DNA of 64,000 nt from Acidobacteriota bacterium (GTDB lineage: Bacteria; Acidobacteriota; Polarisedimenticolia; Gp22-AA2): assembly GCA_031394595.1 (NCBI GenBank), contig JANNTZ010000191.1, forward strand, positions 72-64,071, written 5' to 3'. A program made the position numbers and the translations under genes. This document shows positions 17,187 to 27,135 of the stretch, one piece after another (the stretch's first letter is position 1; each line of letters starts with the position of its first letter). Below the pieces are notes generated by a model. It saw nothing but the letters and a program-made list of their open reading frames with translations, had not been told where the DNA came from and searched no databases.

Positions 17187-19372
17187 CGCACTCCCCTCAC
17201 CGCCCGATCGAGGCGGAAGGTGACCCGCATCGCCGCCTCGATTTCCTCGAGGCCGATGAGGGGCGAAGACCCGCCGCGCAACGCCCGGGCCACCGCATCC
17301 CACTGGGCCGCGAACCCCTTGTCCTGGACCGGGAGTTCGATCGAACCGCCGGCGGCGCCGAACACCTCCAGGCACCGGAAATCGTCGATCACCAGCGCCC
17401 TCCCCCGGCGGAACAGCTCCAGACGTTCCTTCGGCAGGCCGCGGTCACCGAGCCCGGTGTAGACGAGGACGGCGCGCGAACCGGAGGCGAACCGGAAGGT
17501 CGCCGCGAACGAGTCGGACGCCACGACACCGACGCCATCGGTCGGCAGCGCCGCCGCTTCCACGCTCTCGACCGGCTCGCCCGCCAGGTGGATCAACAGA
17601 TCGACGAAGTGGCAGCACTCGCCGAGGACCCGGCCGCCGCCTTCCCGTGGATCCTGCAGCCAGTGGTCCGGTGGCAGCGGGCCGGCGTTGACCCGGTAGA
17701 CCGCCAGGAGCGGCCCTTCGACTCCGGCCAGGATCTCGCGGGCCCGCACCACCAGCGGGCTGTAGCGGCGGTTGAAGCCGACCGCGATCAGCCGGCGGGC
17801 CCGGCGGGCCTCGGAAAGCAGGGGCGAGATCTCCGTCTCCTCGAGGCAGAGCGGCTTTTCCACGAACACGTGGCGGCCGGCACGCAGGGCGGTGCGGGCC
17901 TGTTCGGCGTGCAGGTGATGGCGCGTGCCGATCAGCACCAGCGGCGCCTCGGTGCCGGCGATCAGGTCCGCCAGGCCGGCCGCGGCGCGCGGCACGCCGA
18001 AGGAGCGCGCGACTTCCCGGGCGTGGACCGGTGACGACGTCGCCACCGACTGAAGGCTGAACCCGGGCGCGCGGCGCAGGTGCGGCAGGTGGACGGCCCG
18101 CACGAACGCGCCGGCGCCGCAGACCGCGACCCCGATCGGGTCGCCCGCCGGGAGCGTGTCGTACCATCGAAGCCCGGCCTCGGATCCGCCCCGATCCGGC
18201 GCCCGGGTGAGGGAGGAAGGAACCGGGACGGGAGCACGGCCGGGATCCCCGGGGGCGTACCCGAGGACCACGCCGAGCGGTGGGTCACCCGCATCATTAT
18301 TAATGGCCTCGTAGGCCGAGGCGGCCTCCTCCAGGGGGAAGGTCCGGTCGATCAGGGGGCGCACCGCCACCCGCCCGGACCGCACCAGGTCGAGGAAAGC
18401 CGCCATGTTGCGGTTCTCGGTCCAGCGGACATAGGCGATCGGGTAGTCGATCCCCTTCTCCTCGTACTGCGGATCGTAACGACCCGGCCCGTACGAAGTG
18501 CTCATCCTGAGATCGAGCTCCTTCTCGTACATCAGGCCCCGATCCAGGTCCATGCCGACGACGCCGACCGCCACGACGATCCCTTTCTTGCGGCACAGAC
18601 GCATCGCCAGGTTGATCGCCTCGGACGAGGAGGTCGCGGCGCAAACCAGCACCGCGTCGGCGAGGACCCCGCCGGTGGCACGCCCGACTTCCTCGATCGG
18701 ATCGTGCGCTCCCAGCGACTGCGCCTCGATCCCGATGCCCCTCAACCGCGCGGCCCGCGCCGGTTCCAGGTCGTACCCCAGGACCCGCGCCCCTCCCGCC
18801 CTGAGGATCTGCGCCGTCAGGTTGCCGATCAGGCCCAGCCCGAGCACCACCGCGCACTCGCCGATCTGCAGGCCGGCGCGCCGCACACCATGCAGGGCGA
18901 TGGCGCCGAGGGTGGCGAACGCCGCCTCGTCCAACGGCAGACCGGCCGGGACCGGCACCACCAAGTTGCGCGGCACGGCGATCCACTCGGCGTGCGAGGC
19001 ATACCCGACACCGGCACAGGCGACCGACGTCCCCGGGGCCAGATCGAGGACCCCCTGCCCCGCCGCCTCCACGCGGCCCGACGCGGCGTAACCGGGGAAG
19101 GCCTCGGGGACGGCGGCGGCATGCTGACGGACCTTTTCGATCAGCGCGCCCGGACCTTCCGAGCGCAGGATTTCGAAGGCGCGCTGCAACCGCGACGGAT
19201 CGGCGGCGGATTGCAGCAGCCCGGGCCGTTCGCCGGCGCGCAGCACCGCCCGCTCCGTGCCGGCGCTCAGCACCGAACACGAGACGCGCACCAGCACCCG
19301 GCCCGGTCCGGCCTCGGGAACCGGGACTTCGACCAGGAGCGCCTTCCCGTCCTTCAGGGCCACCTGTCTCAT
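17183..19372 (-). CDS. Bi-domain oxidoreductase: N-terminal MDR zinc-type alcohol dehydrogenase fused to C-terminal Gfo/Idh/MocA NAD(P)-dependent oxidoreductase
   Basis: N-terminal half shows the GroES-like plus Rossmann MDR pattern (GLGLIGNLTAQIL). C-terminal half has the Gfo/Idh/MocA N-terminal motif (AVCGAGAFVRAVHLPHL). ATG 19372 verified. Confidence 0.7.
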   Translation of the reverse strand: MRQVALKDGKALLVEVPVPEAGPGRVLVRVSCSVLSAGTERAVLRAGERPGLLQSAADPSRLQRAFEILRSEGPGALIEKVRQHAAAVPEAFPGYAASGRVEAAGQGVLDLAPGTSVACAGVGYASHAEWIAVPRNLVVPVPAGLPLDEAAFATLGAIALHGVRRAGLQIGECAVVLGLGLIGNLTAQILRAGGARVLGYDLEPARAARLRGIGIEAQSLGAHDPIEEVGRATGGVLADAVLVCAATSSSEAINLAMRLCRKKGIVVAVGVVGMDLDRGLMYEKELDLRMSTSYGPGRYDPQYEEKGIDYPIAYVRWTENRNMAAFLDLVRSGRVAVRPLIDRTFPLEEAASAYEAINNDAGDPPLGVVLGYAPGDPGRAPVPVPSSLTRAPDRGGSEAGLRWYDTLPAGDPIGVAVCGAGAFVRAVHLPHLRRAPGFSLQSVATSSPVHAREVARSFGVPRAAAGLADLIAGTEAPLVLIGTRHHLHAEQARTALRAGRHVFVEKPLCLEETEISPLLSEARRARRLIAVGFNRRYSPLVVRAREILAGVEGPLLAVYRVNAGPLPPDHWLQDPREGGGRVLGECCHFVDLLIHLAGEPVESVEAAALPTDGVGVVASDSFAATFRFASGSRAVLVYTGLGDRGLPKERLELFRRGRALVIDDFRCLEVFGAAGGSIELPVQDKGFAAQWDAVARALRGGSSPLIGLEEIEAAMRVTFRLDRAVRGVR

Positions 19373-19376
19373 CGAC

Positions 19377-21434
19377 TCACCCGACGGCCTCCGGCGGCGC
19401 CGCCCCGACACCGACGTCCACCGCGAAACGGAACAGCGTCGGCAGCCGGCCGGACCAGTCGCAGCGCAGGGTGAGCGCCGGTTCCAGCCGGCCATACCCG
19501 GCGGAATAGAGATCCTGCTCGCGCAGCATCAGGGCGCCGTCCGGGCCCGCCAGCCGGCGGATCGCGAAGCGGACCTTCCCGGCGCGGCACAGGGCCGTGA
19601 GGCCGTCCTCCGTCAGGAACGCCTCGGCGCGCGGCGCCAGGTGGAAGAAAATCTCGATCCGGTGCTCACCCCGCCCGTCGAAGAGATCCTCGATCACGAA
19701 CCGGCGGGTGCGCTTGTTCAGGAGCACGATGCGGCGGTGGGTCACCGGATCCGCCAGGCGTCGATAGCCGTGGTGCTCGGCTTCCACCAGATCGAACCCG
19801 GCCCGGGAGACAAAACGGCGCACCACCGGGGCCTCGGTCCCCGGCAGGGCGAACGGCCAGTCGGGCAGGGGGTTGATCTCCTGCCCGTCGACCCGCGCCG
19901 TGCTGTGGGCGGCGGTCGAACGGAACCGCTGTCGCAGCGCCAGGTCGCGGGTGTAGATTCCGGTCCCGGGATCCACCACCAGGTCCTGTCCCTCCGCCTG
20001 GATCTCGAGGCCGAGGGTGTCGTTGTGGCCGTGGGCCCCCTGGCCCCGGAGCCCGGTCGTCCCGGCGTCGAGGAGTGCGTAGAGATCGTCATGGCGGAGG
20101 ACGGCGACCCCGGCCTCCGGGAACAGCCGCCCCGTCACCACGATCCGCCGGGGCGTCCCCTCGGCGCGCAGGCGCTCCGCGAGTTTCGGGCCGAAGAACC
20201 ACCAGGCCTCCTCCCAGCGCGGCCCCGCCAGCCGGAACAGCGCCGGGTCGTCGAAGGCGCAGCCGGCGACCGCCAGCAGATGTCGGTGGTCACGGCGATC
20301 GGCGTCGTAGTCGCCGAGGATCTGCAGACGACCGTCGTCGTTGTCGCCGATCTGGGGCGCCAGGCCGTCCGGCTTGGTGTAGTGGGCCACGTAATCGATC
20401 ATTCCCCGCACCCGCGCCCGCAGTTCCGGCAGACGGTACCCCGACCTCTCGATCAGGAGCAGCGCGGTCAGCGCCATCTCGGTCATCAGGCGGTGGTAGG
20501 AGGTCGAGGCTTCGTAGTCGGCTCCGTCGGCGTGCGTCTGCGCCGCGTTTTCGCGGACGATCTCGGCGATCGCCGTCCCCTTCCACGCATCGGCCTCAGG
20601 AGCGCCGCGGAACAGCACGCCCAGGAACAGCAGCCCCAGCAGGTCGGCGAAGTAGTGGTTGCTGTTGGCATCGCCCGCGCGCTCCAGGTTGGCGGCGATG
20701 AAACGGCCGTGGGCGAAGAGCGCCCGCAGCAGCAGCGAGGCGAAGGGTCGATCCGCCAGCACCTCGGCGCGGAAGAAGGCCCAGCCCCAGGTCCAGTTGA
20801 CGGCGCGGATGGCGACATCCATGGTGCAGACCCAGTTGATCCCGAATCCCGGGCGGTTCGTCTCGATCCAGTCGGTCACCTGGGCGCGGAACTCCTCGTA
20901 ACAGCGCCGATCGCCGGTGATCCAGAAGGCCTGGCCGAGCACCGGCAGGTGCTGGAAGCGCGACAGCTCCCAGGGGACCTTCACGTCCGCCCCCTGCCCG
21001 TAGCCCCGTTCGATCTGCGACCGCAGATCGAGGTAATGCGCCCGGCGGTCCCAGGTCCTTCCCGACACGAAGTCGGCGTGCCACGGCAGGCGGGGCCCGA
21101 GTTCGCAGGGACCCGAACCGAGGAACTCGACGCGATGGGCGCGCACCTGCTCGGCCCGATCCAGGATGCGGGCGCGGCGATCCGGGTGACGGGCAAAAAA
21201 CTCCGCCGTCGCGGTTCGCGACAGGTCGGTGACGAACAGACGCGCGTCGTCCGACAACGCCGCCAGCGCCTCGTCCAGGGTGCCGTAGCGGCCACCCAGG
21301 TCGCGGAGCAGGCCGTGCTCGGAGGGGAGCGCCAGCCGGGTCCGATCCTGTATCCTGCGGACGGCGCGCCCGAAGCGGGTCTTCAGCCCGCGCGCCGCCG
21401 CGATCGGGTCCCGGAGAACCGCGCTCAGTTCCAT
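19377..21434 (-). CDS. Heparinase II/III-like protein (alginate-lyase-like alpha/alpha toroid plus beta-sandwich)
   Basis: 685 aa with the W/H/Y-rich pattern typical of the family (INWVCTMDVAIRAVNW, NHYFADL). Commonly paired with Gfo/Idh/MocA enzymes in surface-glycan loci. Confidence 0.65.
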   Translation of the reverse strand: MELSAVLRDPIAAARGLKTRFGRAVRRIQDRTRLALPSEHGLLRDLGGRYGTLDEALAALSDDARLFVTDLSRTATAEFFARHPDRRARILDRAEQVRAHRVEFLGSGPCELGPRLPWHADFVSGRTWDRRAHYLDLRSQIERGYGQGADVKVPWELSRFQHLPVLGQAFWITGDRRCYEEFRAQVTDWIETNRPGFGINWVCTMDVAIRAVNWTWGWAFFRAEVLADRPFASLLLRALFAHGRFIAANLERAGDANSNHYFADLLGLLFLGVLFRGAPEADAWKGTAIAEIVRENAAQTHADGADYEASTSYHRLMTEMALTALLLIERSGYRLPELRARVRGMIDYVAHYTKPDGLAPQIGDNDDGRLQILGDYDADRRDHRHLLAVAGCAFDDPALFRLAGPRWEEAWWFFGPKLAERLRAEGTPRRIVVTGRLFPEAGVAVLRHDDLYALLDAGTTGLRGQGAHGHNDTLGLEIQAEGQDLVVDPGTGIYTRDLALRQRFRSTAAHSTARVDGQEINPLPDWPFALPGTEAPVVRRFVSRAGFDLVEAEHHGYRRLADPVTHRRIVLLNKRTRRFVIEDLFDGRGEHRIEIFFHLAPRAEAFLTEDGLTALCRAGKVRFAIRRLAGPDGALMLREQDLYSAGYGRLEPALTLRCDWSGRLPTLFRFAVDVGVGAAPPEAVG

Positions 21435-23044
21435 CGCACCAGCCCCCGATCCCGCAATTCCCCGATCAGCCGGATCACCTGCGCATCCCAGGTGTGCCGC
21501 TCGACGGCCCGGCGACGGGCCGCCTCGCCGAGGCGGTGACGCAGCGCCGGATCGTCGATCAGTCGCAGGATCCCGGCCGCCAGGGCAGCCTCGTCCCCCG
21601 GCGGCACGAGGATTGCCGTTCGATCATCCTCCAGGACCTCGCCGATCTGTTCCAGCCGGCTGGCCACGATACCGCGCCCCATCGCCATGTACTCGAACAG
21701 CTTGGTCGGCGATCCGAAGAACCGGCTGCCATCGGTGTTGGGAACGTGGGGCGAGGCCAGGATGTCCATCGCCGCGAGGTGGGCCGGACCGTCGGCCTGC
21801 GGCACCATGCCGGTGAACACGGCGCGCCCGCCGCACGGCGCCAGGATCGTCTCGCAGGCGGCCCGCTGCGGCCCATCCCCGACCAGCAGCGCGTGGGCCT
21901 CCGGCCGCGCCTCGAGGACACGCCGGAGGGCGCGGGCCAGGTTCGGCGCTCCGTGCCAGGCCCCGAAGGTGCCGATGAAACCGATCACCGTCCGCCCTTC
22001 CAGGCGGTGCCGGCGACGCACGACCCGCGCGTCCAGGTCCGGGCGGTAGCGCGCCGCGTCGACACCATTCGGCAGGACGACGATCCGCTCGTCATCGACG
22101 CCGCGCGCCCGCAGGTCGTCGCGCAGCGGCTCCGAGACCGTGACGATCAAATCGGCGTGGCGCAGGTTGACCGCCTCGATCCCGGCAAACAGGCCCCGCC
22201 AGCGGAAGGGGTGGCCCCAGTGATCGGCGACCCAGACCTCCGAACCGTTGTACTCCAGGACGAACGGCACTCCCAGCCGTCGCGACAGCATGACGCCGGC
22301 ATGGTTGCCGGTGTCGAATCGCTGGTAGATCAGGTCGGCGGGACGATCGGCGAGAACCCGTCGCGCCGCCCGCTCGAAGCGGAAGGAGTGCGCGAAGTAC
22401 GGGACTTCCAGGGCCACGTTGTACAGGCGCTTCGGCGGCACCAGGAATAGCGGGTGACGGCGGGTATCGATGAGCCCCGGGGCCACCGTGGCCAGGAAGA
22501 ACAGGTCGGCGCCGGCGGCCGCGAAGCCGCCCGCCACGCCGGCGGTGTGGGCGACCGATCCTCCGGCCTGGACACCGCTCCACAGGTCGGTGCGCAAATA
22601 GGCAACCCGCCGACCGGCGGCGGGGCGGGGGATCCGGCGGGCGGCCCGCCGGAGCCAGGCGACGCGCTGCGCGGTGCGGGCCAGCGCCCCGCCACAGGCC
22701 AACAGTCCGATCCCCCAGGCCGGCAGATCGCGCAGCAGAAAGTGCGGCAGCGACAGGACCTGCCGCCGCCCGTGCAAGTCGAGGAGCAGGCGCCGCGGCG
22801 CCAGCGGCAGGGCGCCCAGCGCCTGCAGCCGGTACAGTTTCGGGTGGACGTCCAGGTCGTCGCTCAGCAGCACCAGTTCGTCGGCGCCCAGGGCCCGCAG
22901 CCACGCCGGGACGCGCCACAGCGGCACCCGATCGAGATCGGCCCGCCGCAGCAACCGCAGTCCGCGATCCGGGAGAAGTTCCGCGAGCAACCCGTCGGCG
23001 CGGCCCAGATCGCGCGCCAGCATCAGCACCGCGGCGTTCGTCAC
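21425..23044 (-). CDS. Glycosyltransferase family 4 with ~150-aa N-terminal extension
   Basis: C-terminal KLFEYMAMGRGIVAS...PPGD motif. GTG 23044 overlaps the upstream stop as GTGA. The N-terminal 189 aa of the ORF track are rejected. Confidence 0.6.
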   Translation of the reverse strand: MTNAAVLMLARDLGRADGLLAELLPDRGLRLLRRADLDRVPLWRVPAWLRALGADELVLLSDDLDVHPKLYRLQALGALPLAPRRLLLDLHGRRQVLSLPHFLLRDLPAWGIGLLACGGALARTAQRVAWLRRAARRIPRPAAGRRVAYLRTDLWSGVQAGGSVAHTAGVAGGFAAAGADLFFLATVAPGLIDTRRHPLFLVPPKRLYNVALEVPYFAHSFRFERAARRVLADRPADLIYQRFDTGNHAGVMLSRRLGVPFVLEYNGSEVWVADHWGHPFRWRGLFAGIEAVNLRHADLIVTVSEPLRDDLRARGVDDERIVVLPNGVDAARYRPDLDARVVRRRHRLEGRTVIGFIGTFGAWHGAPNLARALRRVLEARPEAHALLVGDGPQRAACETILAPCGGRAVFTGMVPQADGPAHLAAMDILASPHVPNTDGSRFFGSPTKLFEYMAMGRGIVASRLEQIGEVLEDDRTAILVPPGDEAALAAGILRLIDDPALRHRLGEAARRRAVERHTWDAQVIRLIGELRDRGLVRWN

Positions 23045-23799
23045 CGCCCCTCCTTGCGCGCCACGCACCCGATCCGCTCCCCGAGGTAAACCAGGGGGAA
23101 GAGCAGGTCCTTGCAGACGCGCGGGATCCAGGACGGCATCACCAGCAGACCATGGTACTCGGAGGAGAACCGGAGGATCTTCAGGCCGCACGCCTCCAGG
23201 TCGCGGCGCAGCTCGCGCGGGCTGTAGAGGTAGGCGTAGCCGTACCCTGGCTGGGTTTTCAGGTTGCGCGCGTGTGCGAAGCGGAAGGTGCTGTAGCGGT
23301 TCGGGACCGTGATCACCACGTGCCCCCCCGGCTTGACGGCCCGGGTCATCTCCCGCATCGCGGTGCGGCGCGCCTCCTGGCCGGGGATGTGCTCGAGGGC
23401 CGAGAACGACACCGCCAGATCGAAGGTCCCGTCGGCGAACGACAGACGGGTGGCATCCTCGACCCGGAAATCGAGACGCGCCCGCAGCGCCGGTGGCAGC
23501 TCGAGGTCCGCGAGACGCGAGGCCATGGCGATGGCGTCCGGGTTGACGTCGACGGCGGTCCAGCGGCCGACACGGTGCGCGAAGTGCATCTCGTCGATCG
23601 GCTCGAAGCACCCGACGTTCAGGATGCTCCGCCCGTCGAGTGGCACGTCCTCCATCAGGTCCCAGTCGACCAGCGCCTTGGTCGCGACGTAGGTCGGGTT
23701 GTCGCGCTGCCCGCGCGCCAGCACCTGCGCCGCCAGCGCGCTGTAGGCCTCGCGGACGTCGCGCGCCGCGGCGGCGGTGTCACGGGCCTCCCAGCTCAT
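23041..23799 (-). CDS. Class I SAM-dependent methyltransferase
   Basis: Motif I ILNVGCFEP and an FDLAVSFSALEHIP region. ATG 23799 overlaps the wzx stop as ATGA. Confidence 0.75.
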   Translation of the reverse strand: MSWEARDTAAAARDVREAYSALAAQVLARGQRDNPTYVATKALVDWDLMEDVPLDGRSILNVGCFEPIDEMHFAHRVGRWTAVDVNPDAIAMASRLADLELPPALRARLDFRVEDATRLSFADGTFDLAVSFSALEHIPGQEARRTAMREMTRAVKPGGHVVITVPNRYSTFRFAHARNLKTQPGYGYAYLYSPRELRRDLEACGLKILRFSSEYHGLLVMPSWIPRVCKDLLFPLVYLGERIGCVARKEGR

Positions 23800-25073
23800 G
23801 GGCGGATCTCCAGGAGGGCCGCCACTTCGCCGGCCACCGGCACCAGCGCCTGGCGCAACGGCAGGCCACCGCGGCGCAGGAACGAGGCCATGGTCAGGGC
23901 GAGCATGAAGAGGGCGGAGGCCGAGGCGGCGAGGGCGGCGCCCGTCAGTCCAAGACCGGGGAGGAGCCATGCGTTCAGGGCCAGGTTGACCGCCAGCGCC
24001 CCGAGCGGCGCGCCGATGACGATCGACGGCAGACCATCCCCGGCGAAATGATTCATCAGGATGCCGCTCAACCCCGTCGCCCAGACCCCCGGCAGGAGCC
24101 ACAGGAACGGGGCGACCGCGCCGGCGAACTCCGGCCCGTACAGAATGTGCATGGCCGGCGCGGCGACCGCGGCAGCCGCCCCGCAGAGGATCGTCATCAC
24201 CAGGACGGCAAGCCGGCTGACGCGGGCGGTGATCGCGGCCCGATCGCCCTGCGATGCCGCCGCGATCCGCGGCATGAGGATCATCCCGATGGTGCCGGGC
24301 ACCAGCAGCATGGTGTCGGCGATCTGCAGGGCGATCGAGTAGACGCCGGTGGCGGCGACCCAGTCGTGGGCATTGATCAGGAACACCTGGACCCGGGCGA
24401 TCAGGAATGTCAGCAGGCAGGCGACCCAGGCCCGCCCTCCGTAACCGAGCATCGATCCCAATAGGGCCCGGTCGGGGCGTCCGATCCCGACGAGCCGCGC
24501 GGTGTAGGCGACCGACGCCAGACCGAATACCGCCGCACCGACGGCGAACAGCACGACGGCGCCCGCGGCCCCCCCGGAAGCCCCGATCAGGTAGACCGCC
24601 AGGAACACGAAGACCCCGCCCCGGTGGACGAGTTCGAAGACATTGAAGGCCCGCACCCGCCCCAGACCGAGCAGGGCATTCTGAAAGAACAGGATCAGGA
24701 ACTGGAATGGCAACGCGACACAGGTGACCAGGAGGAGGGCCAGGGGGACGGCGCCAAGGATCTCCGGCCAACCGTGGAACACCCCCAGGCAGACGACCGC
24801 CCCTGCGATCCCCATCGCCACGCTGGTCCACAGGGCGTTCGCCAGGATGACGCGGGCCCGGCCGGGTTCGCGCGCCATGAAATAGACATTGCTGCTGTGC
24901 AGCCCGAGATTGCCGATCTGGAGGACCAGGCCGGTCAGGGCGGCGAGCGTGGCGAGGATCCCCCGGCCCTCGGCGCCGAGCCAGCGGGCGGTGACGATGC
25001 TGCTGGTCACACCCACCGCCAGCCCCAGACCGCGGGCCACCAGGGTCCCACCCACGCGAGTCGCGAAGCCCAT
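23796..25073 (-). CDS. wzx: Polysaccharide biosynthesis protein / O-unit flippase (Wzx, MOP superfamily)
   Basis: 425 aa, ~12 predicted TM helices, no soluble domains. Confidence 0.7.
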   Translation of the reverse strand: MGFATRVGGTLVARGLGLAVGVTSSIVTARWLGAEGRGILATLAALTGLVLQIGNLGLHSSNVYFMAREPGRARVILANALWTSVAMGIAGAVVCLGVFHGWPEILGAVPLALLLVTCVALPFQFLILFFQNALLGLGRVRAFNVFELVHRGGVFVFLAVYLIGASGGAAGAVVLFAVGAAVFGLASVAYTARLVGIGRPDRALLGSMLGYGGRAWVACLLTFLIARVQVFLINAHDWVAATGVYSIALQIADTMLLVPGTIGMILMPRIAAASQGDRAAITARVSRLAVLVMTILCGAAAAVAAPAMHILYGPEFAGAVAPFLWLLPGVWATGLSGILMNHFAGDGLPSIVIGAPLGALAVNLALNAWLLPGLGLTGAALAASASALFMLALTMASFLRRGGLPLRQALVPVAGEVAALLEIRP

Positions 25074-25080
25074 CCCGACC

Positions 25081-27024
25081 TCAGGCCGCCTGGCCGTCGA
25101 TCCAGTAGTCGTACCACCGACTCAGGTTATAAAGGGTCCACAAGTGCCAGGAGTGATCACGCCGCCCGTCACGGTGCGTTTCGAACATCCTGCCGATCAG
25201 GTCGTAATCGAACAGCGATTCGTCCCGCAGACGCGACTGCAGCACGCCATCGCGGGCCGGCCCGTACAGCTCCCCCATCAGCCACTCGCGCACCGGCGCT
25301 CCGAACCCCTGCTTGGGCCGGTCGATGATGGAGTCGGGGAGGATCCCGCGCATGGCGAGACGCAGCAGGTACTTCCCCCGGCCGTCCTGGATCTTGAGGG
25401 GCGTCGGGATCCGCATGGAGAACTCGACCAGTTTGTGATCGAGGAACGGGACCCGGGCCTCGATGGAGGAGGCCATGGTGATCTTGTCGACCCGCATCAG
25501 GAGCAGCTCGGCGAGGCGGTTCTTCAGTTCGAGGTAGATCATCCGCTGCCCGTAGTCGGCGCCGTTGCGCAGCGCCTGCGCCCGCTTGTCGATCTCGACG
25601 ATCGCGTCGTGCGATGACAGCCCGCCGATCGGCACCAGCGCCTCCGGCAGCAGGAGGCGGCGCTTTTCCTGCTCGCTCCAGGCGATGATCCCGCCCCAGA
25701 AGAACAGCTCGTCGCGCGCCGCCCGGCGCAGCATCTCGAGGCGATCGCCGCCGCGGCCCAGCAGACCGGCCAGCCCCAGGGCGGTGCGATACGCCGCCAC
25801 GCGGATCGGCCGCGGCAGGCGGCGGATGCGCTCGAAGGCCGCGCCGTGCTGGCGGAAGGCGCGCAGGTAATGCTCGTAGCCGAAGAACTGCTCGTCGCTC
25901 CCTTCCCCGACCTGGATGACCGTCGTCCCGGAATCGCGCGCCAGTTTGGAAACGAAGTGCAGCGGCACACAGACCCAGTCGGCGATCGGCTCGTCCTGGT
26001 GGAAGATGAGCCGCGGCATGAAATCGAGGAGGTCCTTCGAGTCGATGACGACTTCGTGGTGGTCGGTACGGAAGCGCCGCGCCACCTCGCGGGCCCAGCC
26101 GAATTCGTTGTAGGACGCCTGGTCCTTGAAACCGACCGAGAACGTGCGGACCGGGCGGTCCATGAGACGCGCCATCAGGGCGACGTTGGCCGACGAGTCG
26201 AGGCCACCCGAGAGGAACACCCCGACCGGGACGTCCGACATCATCCGCTTCGCCACCGCCTCCTCGAGGAGCGTGCGGATGCGGGTGGCGCAGAACCCGG
26301 CGTCGTCGTATCGCGCCTCCGGTTCGGGCGGGACCTCGAACGGGTCCCAGTAGGTCTCGCTGCGCATGTTGCCGTGACGATCCACGATCACCCGGGTGGC
26401 CGGTGGCAGCTTGTGAATCCCCTGGAACAGCGTGCGCGGCGCCGGCGAGGCGACGAAGCTCAGGTAGTGATAGAGGGCCGCCCGATCGATCCCCCGCGTC
26501 ATCCGCGGGTGCTCGAGGATCGCCTTGATCTCGGACCCGAACAGGAGGGTCCCGGGCAGAACGGCGTAATACAGCGGTTTGACCCCGATCCGGTCGCGTG
26601 CCAGGATCAACTCCCGGCGGCGGGAGTCCCAGATCGCGAGGGCGAACATCCCCTCGAGGCGGTTCAGGAAGTCCGGGCCCTCCTCTTCGTAGAGATACAG
26701 CAGGGTCTCGGTGTCGGTGCGGGAGCGGTAGACATGCCCCTTCGCCTCGAGCTCCTTCCGTAGACGCGCATGGTTGTAGACCTCGCCGTTGTAGGTGATC
26801 CAGATCGATCCGTCCTTGTTGCACATCGGCTGGTGGCCGGCGGGCGACAGATCGATGATCGACAGACGGCGGTGGCCAAAGCCGACGCGGCGGTCCTCCG
26901 AAATCCAGAGCCCGCCATCGTCGGGACCGCGGTGGACGAGCGTGTCCCGCATCCGTTCCAGGACTTTCTCGTCCACCGGGCGGTTGGAACCCTCGAATTC
27001 AACCACACCGGTGATGCCGCACAC
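25081..27024 (-). CDS. asnB: Asparagine synthetase (glutamine-hydrolysing) family amidotransferase, second copy
   Basis: GTG start followed by Cys2 (MCGITGVV). RGPDDGG, YNGEVYNH and SGGLDSS motifs. 647 aa. Confidence 0.85.
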   Translation of the reverse strand: MCGITGVVEFEGSNRPVDEKVLERMRDTLVHRGPDDGGLWISEDRRVGFGHRRLSIIDLSPAGHQPMCNKDGSIWITYNGEVYNHARLRKELEAKGHVYRSRTDTETLLYLYEEEGPDFLNRLEGMFALAIWDSRRRELILARDRIGVKPLYYAVLPGTLLFGSEIKAILEHPRMTRGIDRAALYHYLSFVASPAPRTLFQGIHKLPPATRVIVDRHGNMRSETYWDPFEVPPEPEARYDDAGFCATRIRTLLEEAVAKRMMSDVPVGVFLSGGLDSSANVALMARLMDRPVRTFSVGFKDQASYNEFGWAREVARRFRTDHHEVVIDSKDLLDFMPRLIFHQDEPIADWVCVPLHFVSKLARDSGTTVIQVGEGSDEQFFGYEHYLRAFRQHGAAFERIRRLPRPIRVAAYRTALGLAGLLGRGGDRLEMLRRAARDELFFWGGIIAWSEQEKRRLLLPEALVPIGGLSSHDAIVEIDKRAQALRNGADYGQRMIYLELKNRLAELLLMRVDKITMASSIEARVPFLDHKLVEFSMRIPTPLKIQDGRGKYLLRLAMRGILPDSIIDRPKQGFGAPVREWLMGELYGPARDGVLQSRLRDESLFDYDLIGRMFETHRDGRRDHSWHLWTLYNLSRWYDYWIDGQAA

Positions 27025-27067
27025 GTCAGGACTCCATCTGAAGGCCCATCAAAGACTTGCGAACGGC

Positions 27068-27096
27068 AATATAGTCTCCGGGCTGCCCCTTGTCCA
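27068..27096 (-). promoter_or_regulatory. Candidate sigma-70 promoter (TGGACA-17-TATATT) internal to glycan operon, upstream of asnB-2
   Basis: Read on the minus strand within the 111-nt gap between the Wzy-like gene stop (27136) and asnB-2 GTG (27024). A GGAGT RBS sits 6 nt before the GTG. Confidence 0.25.
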
Positions 27097-27135
27097 CATT
27101 TTGACAGGCTGCCCAAGTTCCATGACTTCAGCGAC

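Noticed and set aside
19257-21539. 760-aa plus-strand ORF. Similar long plus ORFs occur at 31586-33505, 38951-41332, 41163-43145, 55994-57892, 27355-29241 and 33520-35145
   Set aside because: All are antisense shadows of well-supported minus-strand genes (heparinase, membrane protein, pilC/pilT, pilB, relA, Wzy-like, YfhO-like). Their translations are RGDPQ-rich low-complexity with no motifs.
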